Below, in pieces: positions 11,855 through 22,129 of a stretch of 64,000 nucleotides of DNA. The translations under genes and the position numbers were made by a program. Origin of the DNA: Escherichia coli (GTDB lineage: Bacteria > Pseudomonadota > Gammaproteobacteria > Enterobacterales > Enterobacteriaceae); assembly GCF_036507355.1 (NCBI RefSeq), contig NZ_AP027877.1. One strand, given 5' to 3'. The notes beneath the pieces are model-generated. The model was not told the origin of the DNA. It did no database searches and was given only the letters and a program-made list of their open reading frames with translations. Each line of letters starts with the position of its first letter. Positions within the stretch are counted from its first letter, which is position 1.

Positions 11855-12514
11855 ATGACGCAGGATGAATTGAAAAAAGCAGTAGGATGGGCGGCACTTC
11901 AGTATGTTCAGCCCGGCACCATTGTTGGTGTAGGTACAGGTTCCACCGCCGCACACTTTATTGACGCGCTCGGTACAATGAAAGGCCAGATTGAAGGGGC
12001 CGTTTCCAGTTCAGATGCTTCCACTGAAAAACTGAAAAGCCTCGGCATTCACGTTTTTGATCTCAACGAAGTCGACAGCCTTGGCATCTACGTTGATGGC
12101 GCAGATGAAATCAACGGCCACATGCAAATGATCAAAGGCGGCGGCGCGGCGCTGACCCGTGAAAAAATCATTGCTTCGGTTGCAGAAAAATTTATCTGTA
12201 TTGCAGACGCTTCCAAGCAGGTTGATATTCTGGGTAAATTCCCGCTGCCAGTAGAAGTTATCCCGATGGCACGTAGTGCAGTGGCGCGCCAGCTGGTGAA
12301 ACTGGGCGGTCGTCCGGAATACCGTCAGGGCGTGGTGACCGATAATGGCAACGTGATCCTCGACGTCCACGGCATGGAAATCCTTGACCCGATAGCGATG
12401 GAAAACGCCATAAATGCGATTCCTGGCGTGGTGACTGTTGGCTTGTTTGCTAACCGTGGCGCGGACGTTGCGCTGATTGGCACACCTGACGGTGTCAAAA
12501 CCATTGTGAAATGA
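11855..12514 (+). CDS. rpiA: Ribose-5-phosphate isomerase A
   Basis: 219 aa from [18 protein letters not shown].., matches K-12 RpiA. Confidence 0.95.
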
Positions 12515-12769
12515 TCTGACGGGGGAACCTCCCCCGTTAAAAAAATTCTCTTCATTAAATTTGGTGACATGTGTCACGTTTTTACCTGGCTATTGTCGAT
12601 TGCTCTAAATAAATCCTCTAAACCAGCATATTCATCCAAGAATTACCTTTGCGTGATATTTCCTCAACATCGCGATGCAAACGTTCATATTGCCGCAATA
12701 TTATTTTTTGATATGTTGAAAGGCGGACGCAAATCCGCACACAACATTTCAAAAGACAGGATTGGGTAA

Positions 12770-14002
12770 ATGGCAAAGGTATCGCTGGAGAAAGACAAGA
12801 TTAAGTTTCTGCTGGTAGAAGGCGTGCACCAAAAGGCGCTGGAAAGCCTTCGTGCAGCTGGTTACACCAACATCGAATTTCACAAAGGCGCGCTGGATGA
12901 TGAACAATTAAAAGAATCCATCCGCGATGCCCACTTCATCGGCCTGCGATCCCGTACCCATCTGACTGAAGACGTGATCAACGCCGCAGAAAAGCTGGTC
13001 GCTATTGGCTGTTTCTGTATAGGAACAAACCAGGTTGATCTGGATGCGGCGGCAAAGCGCGGGATCCCGGTATTTAACGCACCGTTCTCAAATACGCGCT
13101 CTGTTGCGGAGCTGGTGATTGGCGAACTGCTGCTGCTATTGCGCGGCGTGCCGGAAGCCAATGCTAAAGCGCACCGTGGCGTGTGGAACAAACTGGCGGC
13201 GGGTTCTTTTGAAGCGCGCGGCAAAAAGCTGGGTATCATCGGCTACGGTCATATTGGTACGCAATTGGGCATTCTGGCTGAATCGCTGGGAATGTATGTT
13301 TACTTTTATGATATTGAAAATAAACTGCCGCTGGGCAACGCCACTCAGGTACAGCATCTTTCTGACCTGCTGAATATGAGCGATGTGGTGAGTCTGCATG
13401 TACCAGAGAATCCGTCCACCAAAAATATGATGGGCGCGAAAGAAATTTCACTAATGAAGCCCGGCTCGCTGCTGATTAATGCTTCGCGCGGTACTGTGGT
13501 GGATATTCCGGCGCTGTGTGATGCGCTGGCGAGCAAACATCTGGCGGGGGCGGCAATCGACGTATTCCCGACGGAACCAGCGACCAATAGCGATCCATTT
13601 ACCTCTCCGCTGTGTGAATTCGACAACGTCCTTCTGACGCCACACATTGGCGGTTCGACTCAGGAAGCGCAGGAGAATATTGGCCTGGAAGTTGCGGGTA
13701 AATTGATCAAGTATTCTGACAATGGCTCAACGCTCTCTGCGGTGAACTTCCCGGAAGTCTCGCTGCCACTGCACGGTGGGCGTCGTCTGATGCACATCCA
13801 CGAAAACCGTCCGGGCGTGCTAACTGCGCTGAACAAAATCTTCGCCGAGCAGGGCGTCAACATCGCCGCGCAATATCTACAAACTTCCGCCCAGATGGGT
13901 TATGTTGTTATTGATATTGAAGCCGACGAAGACGTTGCCGAAAAAGCGCTGCAGGCAATGAAAGCTATTCCGGGTACCATTCGCGCCCGTCTGCTGTACT
14001 AA
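12770..14002 (+). CDS. serA: D-3-phosphoglycerate dehydrogenase
   Basis: 410 aa, matches K-12 SerA. Confidence 0.97.
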   Translation: MAKVSLEKDKIKFLLVEGVHQKALESLRAAGYTNIEFHKGALDDEQLKESIRDAHFIGLRSRTHLTEDVINAAEKLVAIGCFCIGTNQVDLDAAAKRGIPVFNAPFSNTRSVAELVIGELLLLLRGVPEANAKAHRGVWNKLAAGSFEARGKKLGIIGYGHIGTQLGILAESLGMYVYFYDIENKLPLGNATQVQHLSDLLNMSDVVSLHVPENPSTKNMMGAKEISLMKPGSLLINASRGTVVDIPALCDALASKHLAGAAIDVFPTEPATNSDPFTSPLCEFDNVLLTPHIGGSTQEAQENIGLEVAGKLIKYSDNGSTLSAVNFPEVSLPLHGGRRLMHIHENRPGVLTALNKIFAEQGVNIAAQYLQTSAQMGYVVIDIEADEDVAEKALQAMKAIPGTIRARLLY

Positions 14003-14022
14003 TTCCCCTTCTCTGAAAATCA

Positions 14023-14053
14023 ACGGGCAGGTCACTGACTTGCCCGTTTTTTT
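14023..14053 (+). terminator. serA rho-independent terminator
   Basis: acgggca..tgcccgt stem followed by a T7 run. Confidence 0.8.
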
Positions 14054-14180
14054 ATCCCTTCTCCACACCGTTGCGCATTCTACTTTGCGAGTATGCTCCA
14101 GAAAATAAATCAAAGTCAGATCAATGCGTTGTGTTTATTTAATGGGGATTTACGATGGCAGGGCAGCATGGGGCTGTAAC

Positions 14181-14321
14181 GGTAAAGCCCTCACCGAAGC
14201 GAGGGCTTGAAGGAGAAGGGTTATGATGCGACTTGTCATCATACTGATTGTACTGTTACTCATAAGTTTCCCAGCTTATTAACAGTCAGTCTCAGGGGAG
14301 GAGTAATCCTCCCTTACCCTT
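14181..14321 (-). ncRNA. sibC: SibC antitoxin sRNA (type I TA); ends approximate
   Basis: The strand opposite ibsC reads aagggtaagggaggattactcctcccc ... aagccctcgcttcggtgagggcttt. That gives ~141 nt with a 5' hairpin and a terminator hairpin, as remembered for K-12 SibC. Confidence 0.75.
14223..14282 (+). CDS. ibsC: Type I toxin IbsC (19 aa, hydrophobic)
   Basis: SD aaggag, then ATGATG: MMRLVIILIVLLLISFPAY*. Located in the serA-ygfA intergenic region as in K-12. Confidence 0.85.
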   Translation: MMRLVIILIVLLLISFPAY

Positions 14322-14382
14322 ACTCACTAAATTAGGTTAAAGAATCAACGATGTCAATCAGGGCGATGCAGGTGTGTCGCCC

Positions 14383-14931
14383 TTACCACTCCCAGACTTT
14401 CGACGGTGTAACCACCGCAGGAAGAGGGATATCCCACTCTTCAACGGGAAGTTTTTCCACTAACTGACAATCATGCGCATAACCCACCGGTTGCATTTTA
14501 TAGTGCTGCCAGTTTTGTAAAGTCCGATCATAAAAACCACCGCCCATTCCCAGGCGCTGGCCGTACTCATCAAAGGCGACCAGCGGTGTGATCAACACGT
14601 CTAATCGGGAAAGGGGTAGCACGTCACGCACATCCAATTTTGGCTCATGGATCTTCAACCTGTTCATCACCAGTTCGCTTTGCGGATGGTAATTCAGGAA
14701 CAGCAAATTACCGGCACTAAAGGGATGCAAAACTGGAAGATATACGCGCTTACCGGCGCGCCAGAGTTGTTCTATAAGCGGCTGGGTGTCGAGTTCTCCA
14801 TCAAAAGAGAGGAATACAGCGACCGTATGTGCCATCACCACCGGGGGATAAGTCATCATCCGGGTAGCGGCTTGTTGACCCATTTCCTGCTGTTGTTCCG
14901 GCGTTAACGCACGACGACGTTGCCGAATCAT
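14383..14931 (-). CDS. ygfA: 5-formyltetrahydrofolate cyclo-ligase (alternative start at 14985)
   Basis: 182 aa from MIRQRRRALTPEQQQEMGQQ.., matches K-12 YgfA (Fau). The track ORF runs upstream into ssrS, and that part is rejected. Confidence 0.9.
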   Translation of the reverse strand: MIRQRRRALTPEQQQEMGQQAATRMMTYPPVVMAHTVAVFLSFDGELDTQPLIEQLWRAGKRVYLPVLHPFSAGNLLFLNYHPQSELVMNRLKIHEPKLDVRDVLPLSRLDVLITPLVAFDEYGQRLGMGGGFYDRTLQNWQHYKMQPVGYAHDCQLVEKLPVEEWDIPLPAVVTPSKVWEW

Positions 14932-15004
14932 TTTGCGGATTTCTTGTCGGGATAATGTCAGTGAGAGTTCTGGTAGATGCGTCATGGCTGGTGCCAGATA
15001 AGAA

Positions 15005-15189
15005 GGGAATCTCCGAGATGCCGCCGCAGGCTGTAACCCTTGAACCCTTGGTTCAAGGTGAATGTGTCGTCGCAGTTTTAAGGCTTCTCGGACGGACCGA
15101 GCATGCTCACCAACCGCGGAGCGCCACATTCTTGTGGTATGAAATATCGGCTCAGGGGACTGGCCCGCTTGCGAACACCTCAGAGAAAT
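15005..15189 (-). ncRNA. ssrS: 6S RNA
   Basis: The reverse complement reads atttctctgaggtgttcgcaagcgggccagtcccctgagccgatatttcataccacaagaatgtggcgc...ggcatctcggagattccc, the E. coli 6S RNA. Confidence 0.95.
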
Positions 15190-15230
15190 TTTGTCTTCAC
15201 GGTTACTCTACCACAGTAAACCGAAAAGTG

Positions 15231-15626
<396 letters not shown>

Positions 15627-15727
15627 CTATAGCTACCCTGATGAGAAGAGACAAGCCCTTTTCTGGTCCACCAGGGCCCAAAGTGGTAGCATATCATGAA
15701 TATTCCTCCCTTTGACGACGAATGCTT

Positions 15728-16306
15728 ATGTCTATACAGAACGAAATGCCTGGTTACAACGAAATGAACCAGTATCTGAACCAACAAGGGACGGGTCTGA
15801 CCCCTGCTGAGATGCATGGTTTAATCAGTGGGATGATATGTGGCGGTAACGATGACAGCTCATGGCTGCCGCTACTTCACGACCTGACGAACGAAGGCAT
15901 GGCTTTCGGTCATGAGCTGGCACAGGCACTGCGTAAAATGCACTCTGCCACCAGCGATGCCCTGCAGGATGACGGCTTCCTTTTTCAGCTTTATCTGCCT
16001 GATGGCGATGATGTCAGCGTTTTCGATAGGGCTGATGCGCTGGCAGGTTGGGTCAATCACTTCCTGCTTGGTCTTGGCGTTACGCAACCGAAGCTGGACA
16101 AAGTGACCGGAGAAACCGGTGAAGCTATCGACGATCTGCGTAACATCGCGCAGCTGGGCTACGACGAAGACGAAGATCAGGAAGAGCTTGAAATGTCGCT
16201 TGAAGAGATCATCGAATACGTTCGTGTTGCCGCGCTGTTATGCCACGACACCTTTACTCATCCGCAACCGACCGCGCCAGAAGTACAAAAACCGACTCTA
16301 CACTAA
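15728..16306 (+). CDS. ygfB: UPF0149 protein YgfB
   Basis: 192 aa from [17 protein letters not shown].., matches K-12 YgfB. Confidence 0.9.
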
Positions 16307-16331
16307 AAACAAAAAACGTAAGGAGAGTGTT

Positions 16332-17657
16332 ATGAGTGAGATATCCCGGCAAGAGTTTCAGCGTCGCCGTCAGGCCCTGGTGGAGCAAATGCAACCCGGC
16401 AGCGCCGCGCTGATTTTTGCTGCACCAGAAGTAACACGTAGCGCCGACAGCGAATACCCCTATCGTCAGAACAGTGACTTCTGGTACTTCACCGGCTTTA
16501 ACGAACCGGAAGCGGTGCTGGTGCTGATTAAAAGCGATGACACTCATAACCACAGCGTTCTGTTTAACCGCGTTCGCGACCTGACGGCGGAGATCTGGTT
16601 TGGCCGTCGTTTAGGTCAGGATGCCGCGCCAGAGAAACTGGGCGTTGACCGCGCACTGGCATTCAGCGAAATTAATCAGCAACTTTATCAACTACTTAAT
16701 GGTCTGGATGTGGTTTACCACGCCCAGGGCGAATATGCATATGCTGATGAAATCGTGAACAGCGCGCTTGAGAAACTGCGTAAAGGTTCGCGGCAAAATC
16801 TCACCGCGCCGGCAACGATGATCGACTGGCGTCCCATTGTTCATGAAATGCGCCTGTTCAAATCACCAGAAGAGATTGCCGTACTTCGCCGCGCGGGGGA
16901 AATCACCGCCCTGGCGCATACCCGGGCGATGGAAAAATGCCGTCCTGGGATGTTCGAGTACCATCTGGAAGGCGAAATTCACCACGAATTTAACCGCCAC
17001 GGCGCGCGCTATCCTTCCTATAACACCATTGTCGGCAGCGGTGAAAACGGCTGCATTCTGCATTACACCGAAAACGAGTGTGAACTGCGCGACGGCGATC
17101 TGGTGTTGATTGACGCGGGTTGCGAATACAAAGGTTACGCTGGCGATATTACCCGCACCTTCCCGGTCAACGGCAAATTCACTCAGGCTCAGCGTGAAAT
17201 CTACGACATTGTGCTGGAGTCTCTCGAAACTAGCCTGCGCCTGTATCGTCCGGGAACTTCCATTCAGGAAGTCACCGGTGAAGTGGTGCGCATCATGGTT
17301 AGCGGCCTGGTAAAACTCGGCATCCTGAAAGGTGATGTTGATGAACTGATCGCTCAGAACGCCCATCGTCCTTTCTTTATGCATGGCCTTAGCCACTGGT
17401 TAGGACTGGATGTCCATGACGTTGGCGTTTATGGCCAGGATCGCTCGCGCATTCTGGAACCGGGCATGGTACTGACCGTAGAGCCAGGGCTGTATATTGC
17501 GCCGGATGCAGAAGTGCCAGAACAATATCGCGGTATCGGCATTCGTATTGAAGACGACATTGTGATTACCGAAACCGGTAACGAAAACCTCACCGCCAGC
17601 GTGGTGAAAAAGCCGGAAGAAATCGAAGCGTTGATGGCAGCTGCGAGAAAGCAATGA
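16332..17657 (+). CDS. pepP: Xaa-Pro aminopeptidase (aminopeptidase P)
   Basis: 441 aa from MSEISRQEFQRRRQALVEQM.., with SD aggag upstream. The track ORF start at 16119 overlaps ygfB and is rejected. Confidence 0.97.
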   Translation: MSEISRQEFQRRRQALVEQMQPGSAALIFAAPEVTRSADSEYPYRQNSDFWYFTGFNEPEAVLVLIKSDDTHNHSVLFNRVRDLTAEIWFGRRLGQDAAPEKLGVDRALAFSEINQQLYQLLNGLDVVYHAQGEYAYADEIVNSALEKLRKGSRQNLTAPATMIDWRPIVHEMRLFKSPEEIAVLRRAGEITALAHTRAMEKCRPGMFEYHLEGEIHHEFNRHGARYPSYNTIVGSGENGCILHYTENECELRDGDLVLIDAGCEYKGYAGDITRTFPVNGKFTQAQREIYDIVLESLETSLRLYRPGTSIQEVTGEVVRIMVSGLVKLGILKGDVDELIAQNAHRPFFMHGLSHWLGLDVHDVGVYGQDRSRILEPGMVLTVEPGLYIAPDAEVPEQYRGIGIRIEDDIVITETGNENLTASVVKKPEEIEALMAAARKQ

Positions 17658-18832
17658 GCGTAATCATCGTCGGTGGCGGCATGGCGGGCGCGACGCTGGC
17701 GCTGGCTATTTCCCGGTTAAGTCACGGGGCGCTGCCGGTACATTTGATTGAAGCGACCGCGCCAGAGTCACATGCTCATCCGGGCTTTGATGGGCGAGCG
17801 ATTGCGCTGGCGGCGGGTACCTGTCAGCAACTGGCGCGCATTGGCGTCTGGCAATCTCTGGCGGATTGCGCAACCGCCATCACTACCGTGCATGTCAGCG
17901 ATCGTGGTCATGCCGGATTCGTCACCCTCGCCGCAGAAGATTACCAACTGGCGGCGCTGGGGCAGGTTGTCGAATTGCACAATGTCGGGCAACGGCTGTT
18001 TGCATTGCTGCGCAAAGCACCTGGCGTAACGCTGCATTGCCCGGATCGCGTGGCTAACGTTGCCCGTACTCAGAGTCATGTTGAAGTGACGCTGCAGTGT
18101 GGCGAGACGCTGACGGGCCGCGTGCTGGTAGCCGCTGATGGCACCCATTCAGCGTTAGCCACTGTGTGCGGCGTTGACTGGCAGCAGGAGCCTTACGAAC
18201 AACTGGCTGTGATTGCCAACGTTGCGACTTCCGTTGCGCATGAAGGGCGCGCTTTTGAACGCTTTACGCAACATGGCCCGCTGGCGATGTTGCCGATGTC
18301 TGACGGACGCTGTTCGCTGGTCTGGTGTCATCCACTGGAACGGCGCGAAGAGGTGCTGTCGTGGAGCGACGAGAAGTTTTGCCGTGAACTCCAGTCGGCC
18401 TTTGGCTGGCGACTTGGGAAAATTACCCACGCTGGTAAACGCAGTGCTTATCCGCTGGCGTTAACCCACGCCGCCAGATCTATTACCCATCGTACCGTGC
18501 TGGTGGGCAATGCGGCGCAAACCCTGCACCCGATTGCCGGGCAAGGGTTCAACCTCGGTATGCGAGATGTCATGAGTCTTGCGGAAACCCTGACTCAGGC
18601 GCAGGAGCGCGGAGAAGACATGGGTGATTACGGCGTATTGTGTCGTTATCAGCAGCGTCGACAGAGCGATCGCGAAGCAACCATTGGCGTCACGGACAGC
18701 CTTGTACATCTTTTTGCCAACCGTTGGACGCCACTGGTTGTCGGGCGCAACATCGGGCTGATGACGATGGAATTATTCACCCCGGCACGCGATGTGCTGG
18801 CGCAGCGCACCCTCGGTTGGGTGGCGCGTTGA
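17654..18832 (+). CDS. ubiH: 2-octaprenyl-6-methoxyphenol hydroxylase
   Basis: 392 aa with the FAD motif VGGGMAGATLA, matches K-12 UbiH. ATGA overlap with pepP. Confidence 0.97.
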   Translation: MSVIIVGGGMAGATLALAISRLSHGALPVHLIEATAPESHAHPGFDGRAIALAAGTCQQLARIGVWQSLADCATAITTVHVSDRGHAGFVTLAAEDYQLAALGQVVELHNVGQRLFALLRKAPGVTLHCPDRVANVARTQSHVEVTLQCGETLTGRVLVAADGTHSALATVCGVDWQQEPYEQLAVIANVATSVAHEGRAFERFTQHGPLAMLPMSDGRCSLVWCHPLERREEVLSWSDEKFCRELQSAFGWRLGKITHAGKRSAYPLALTHAARSITHRTVLVGNAAQTLHPIAGQGFNLGMRDVMSLAETLTQAQERGEDMGDYGVLCRYQQRRQSDREATIGVTDSLVHLFANRWTPLVVGRNIGLMTMELFTPARDVLAQRTLGWVAR

Positions 18833-18854
18833 AGGCGGTTTTAAGGAATAAACA

Positions 18855-20057
18855 ATGCAAAGTGTTGATGTAGCCATTGTTGGCGGCGGCATGGTGGGGC
18901 TGGCGGTTGCCTGCGGCTTACAGGGGAGCGGCTTACGCGTTGCCGTACTGGAGCAGCGCGTACCGGAACCTCTGGCGGTGGATGCACCACCACAACTGCG
19001 CGTTTCGGCTATCAATGCCGCCAGCGAAAAATTACTCACCCGTCTTGGCGTCTGGCAAGACATTCTCTCTCGTAGGGCCAGTTGCTATCACGGTATGGAA
19101 GTGTGGGACAAAGACAGTTTTGGTCACATTTCGTTTGACGATCAAAGCATGGGCTATAGCCATCTTGGGCATATCGTTGAAAACTCAGTGATTCACTACG
19201 CGCTGTGGAACAAAGCGCAGCAGTCGTCAGATATCACTCTGTTGGCCCCCGCAGAATTACAGCAGGTCGCCTGGGGAGAAAACGAAACCTTCCTGACGCT
19301 GAAAGATGGCAGTATGTTAACGGCGCGTCTGGTGATTGGCGCGGACGGCGCTAATTCCTGGTTGCGCAACAAAGCCGATATTCCGCTGACTTTCTGGGAT
19401 TATCAGCATCACGCGCTGGTAGCGACCATACGCACGGAAGAACCGCATGATGCGGTGGCGCGGCAGGTTTTCCATGGCGAAGGCATTCTGGCCTTTTTAC
19501 CGCTTAGCGATCCGCATCTTTGCTCGATTGTCTGGTCACTGTCGCCAGAGGAAGCGCAGCGGATGCAGCAGGCAAGTGAAGACGAATTTAATCGCGCGTT
19601 AAATATCGCTTTTGATAATCGCCTGGGCTTATGCAAGGTTGAGAGCGAGCGTCAGGTGTTCCCGCTGACGGGGCGTTATGCGCGCCAGTTTGCCGCACAT
19701 CGTCTGGCGCTGGTGGGCGACGCCGCGCATACCATTCACCCACTGGCGGGGCAGGGAGTTAATCTCGGCTTTATGGACGCCGCAGAGCTGATTGCTGAAC
19801 TGAAACGGTTGCATCGTCAGGGTAAAGACATCGGGCAGTACATTTACCTGCGCCGCTATGAACGTAGCCGCAAGCACAGCGCGGCGCTGATGCTGGCTGG
19901 TATGCAGGGATTCCGCGATCTGTTTTCCGGTACCAATCCGGCGAAAAAACTGCTGCGTGATATTGGTTTGAAACTGGCCGACACGCTTCCTGGCGTTAAG
20001 CCACAACTTATCCGTCAGGCAATGGGATTAAACGATTTGCCTGAATGGCTGCGTTAA
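18855..20057 (+). CDS. ubiI: 2-octaprenylphenol hydroxylase UbiI (VisC)
   Basis: 400 aa, matches K-12 VisC/UbiI. Confidence 0.97.
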   Translation: MQSVDVAIVGGGMVGLAVACGLQGSGLRVAVLEQRVPEPLAVDAPPQLRVSAINAASEKLLTRLGVWQDILSRRASCYHGMEVWDKDSFGHISFDDQSMGYSHLGHIVENSVIHYALWNKAQQSSDITLLAPAELQQVAWGENETFLTLKDGSMLTARLVIGADGANSWLRNKADIPLTFWDYQHHALVATIRTEEPHDAVARQVFHGEGILAFLPLSDPHLCSIVWSLSPEEAQRMQQASEDEFNRALNIAFDNRLGLCKVESERQVFPLTGRYARQFAAHRLALVGDAAHTIHPLAGQGVNLGFMDAAELIAELKRLHRQGKDIGQYIYLRRYERSRKHSAALMLAGMQGFRDLFSGTNPAKKLLRDIGLKLADTLPGVKPQLIRQAMGLNDLPEWLR

Positions 20058-20100
20058 AAATTTCTCCTCTGTTGTTTATTTGATACCCATCACACTTTCA

Positions 20101-20128
20101 TCTCCCGGTTTTTTCGCCGGGAGATTTT
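20101..20128 (+). terminator. ubiI rho-independent terminator
   Basis: tctcccggttttttcgccgggaga followed by tttt. Confidence 0.8.
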
Positions 20129-20504
20129 CCTCATTTGAAATAAACTAATTTCACCTCCGTTTTCGCATTATATTTTCTAATGCCATGATTTTTTGATTTA
20201 GTGTTTTTTGACATTTTTTTAGCTCTTAATATTGTCTTATTCAAATTGACTTTCTCATCACATCATCTTTGTATAGAAACTGGTGTATTTTTTGGTTTTT
20301 TATTCTGTCGCGATTTTTGCATTTTTTAACCATAAGCTAATGTGATGATCAATTTTACCTTATGGTTAACAGTCTGTTTCGGTGGTAAGTTCAGGCAAAA
20401 GAGAACGATTGCGTTGGGGACCGGGAGTGGCTCCGATGCTGGGTTTTGTGGTGATAATTTCACCATGAAAAAGTTGTCAGCCCCGCTTATTCAATGAGGA
20501 CAAG
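20129..20504 (+). promoter_or_regulatory. gcvTHP control region (long AT-rich upstream region)
   Basis: ~375 bp of AT-rich, ORF-free DNA upstream of gcvT. In E. coli this operon is known to be controlled by GcvA/GcvR, Lrp, PurR and CRP. I did not map individual sites. Confidence 0.4.
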
Positions 20505-21599
20505 ATGGCACAACAGACTCCTTTGTACGAACAACACACGCTTTGCGGCGCTCGCATGGTGGATTTCCACGGCTGGATGATGCCGCTGCATTACGGTTCG
20601 CAAATCGACGAACATCATGCGGTACGTACCGATGCCGGAATGTTTGATGTGTCGCATATGACCATCGTCGATCTCCGCGGCAGCCGCACCCGGGAGTTTC
20701 TGCGTTATCTGCTGGCGAACGATGTGGCGAAGCTCACCAAAAGCGGCAAAGCCCTTTACTCGGGGATGTTGAATGCCTCTGGCGGTGTGATAGATGATCT
20801 CATCGTCTACTACTTTACTGAAGATTTCTTCCGCCTCGTTGTTAACTCCGCCACCCGCGAAAAAGACCTCTCCTGGATTACCCAACACGCTGAACCTTTC
20901 GGCATCGAAATTACCGTTCGCGATGACCTTTCCATGATTGCCGTGCAAGGGCCGAATGCGCAGGCAAAAGCTGCCACACTGTTTAATGACGCCCAGCGTC
21001 AGGCGGTGGAAGGGATGAAACCGTTCTTTGGCGTGCAGGCGGGGGATCTGTTTATTGCCACCACTGGTTATACCGGTGAAGCGGGCTACGAAATTGCGCT
21101 GCCCAATGAAAAAGCGGCGGATTTCTGGCGCGCGCTGGTGGAAGCGGGCGTTAAGCCATGCGGCCTGGGCGCGCGTGACACGCTGCGTCTGGAAGCTGGC
21201 ATGAATTTGTATAGTCAGGAGATGGACGAAACCATCTCTCCTTTAGCCGCCAATATGGGCTGGACTATCGCCTGGGAACCGGCAGATCGTGACTTTATCG
21301 GTCGTGAAGCTCTGGAAGCGCAGCGTGAACATGGCACAGAAAAACTGGTTGGTCTGGTGATGACCGAAAAAGGCGTGCTGCGTAATGAACTGCCGGTACG
21401 TTTTACCGATGCGCAGGGCAACCAGCATGAAGGCATTATCACCAGCGGGACTTTCTCCCCGACGCTGGGTTACAGCATTGCGCTGGCGCGCGTGCCGGAA
21501 GGTATTGGTGAAACAGCGATTGTGCAAATTCGCAACCGTGAAATGCCGGTTAAAGTGACGAAACCTGTTTTTGTGCGTAACGGCAAAGCCGTCGCGTGA
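20505..21599 (+). CDS. gcvT: Glycine cleavage system T protein (aminomethyltransferase)
   Basis: 364 aa, matches K-12 GcvT. Confidence 0.97.
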
Positions 21600-21622
21600 T
21601 TTACTTTTTTGGAGATTGATTG

Positions 21623-22012
21623 ATGAGCAACGTACCAGCAGAACTGAAATACAGCAAAGAACACGAATGGCTGCGTAAAGAAGCCGACGGCACTTATACC
21701 GTTGGCATCACCGAACACGCTCAGGAGTTGTTGGGCGATATGGTGTTTGTTGACCTGCCGGAAGTGGGCGCGACGGTTAGCGCGGGCGATGACTGCGCGG
21801 TTGCCGAATCGGTAAAAGCGGCGTCAGACATTTATGCGCCAGTAAGCGGTGAAATCGTGGCGGTAAACGACGTACTGAGCGATTCCCCGGAACTGGTGAA
21901 CAGCGAACCGTATGCAGGCGGCTGGATTTTCAAAATCAAAGCCAGCGATGAAAGCGAACTGGAATCACTGCTGGATGCGACCGCATACGAAGCATTGTTA
22001 GAAGACGAGTAA
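21623..22012 (+). CDS. gcvH: Glycine cleavage system H protein (lipoyl carrier)
   Basis: 129 aa from [16 protein letters not shown].., with the lipoyl-lysine context ESVKAAS. Confidence 0.97.
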   Translation: MSNVPAELKYSKEHEWLRKEADGTYTVGITEHAQELLGDMVFVDLPEVGATVSAGDDCAVAESVKAASDIYAPVSGEIVAVNDVLSDSPELVNSEPYAGGWIFKIKASDESELESLLDATAYEALLEDE

Positions 22013-22129
22013 CGGCTTTATTCCTCTTCTGCGGGAGAGGATCAGGGTGAGGAAATTTACGCCTCACCCTCACTCTCTTCGTAAGGAGAGAGGTTCACAA
22101 TTCACTGCACGTTTCAGGAACCATCGCTC

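Noticed and set aside
12518-12545. Hairpin acggggga-acc-tcccccgt after rpiA as a terminator.
   Set aside because: It is followed by an A-run rather than a T-run on the rpiA strand, so it is not a canonical intrinsic terminator for rpiA. It is left unannotated.
14932-15129. N-terminal extension of the ygfA ORF to 248 aa.
   Set aside because: The extension is the translated reverse complement of 6S RNA (ssrS, 15005-15189). The accepted YgfA starts at MIRQRRR (or possibly at 14985).
16119-16331. N-terminal extension of pepP to 512 aa.
   Set aside because: It overlaps the ygfB 3' end in another frame and is basic low-complexity sequence. The true start at 16332 has an SD and matches PepP.
20129-20504. 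Possible glycine riboswitch upstream of gcvT.
   Set aside because: I could not see the GC-rich paired helices of tandem glycine aptamers in this very AT-rich leader. E. coli gcvTHP is known to be controlled by proteins (GcvA/GcvR, Lrp) rather than a riboswitch.
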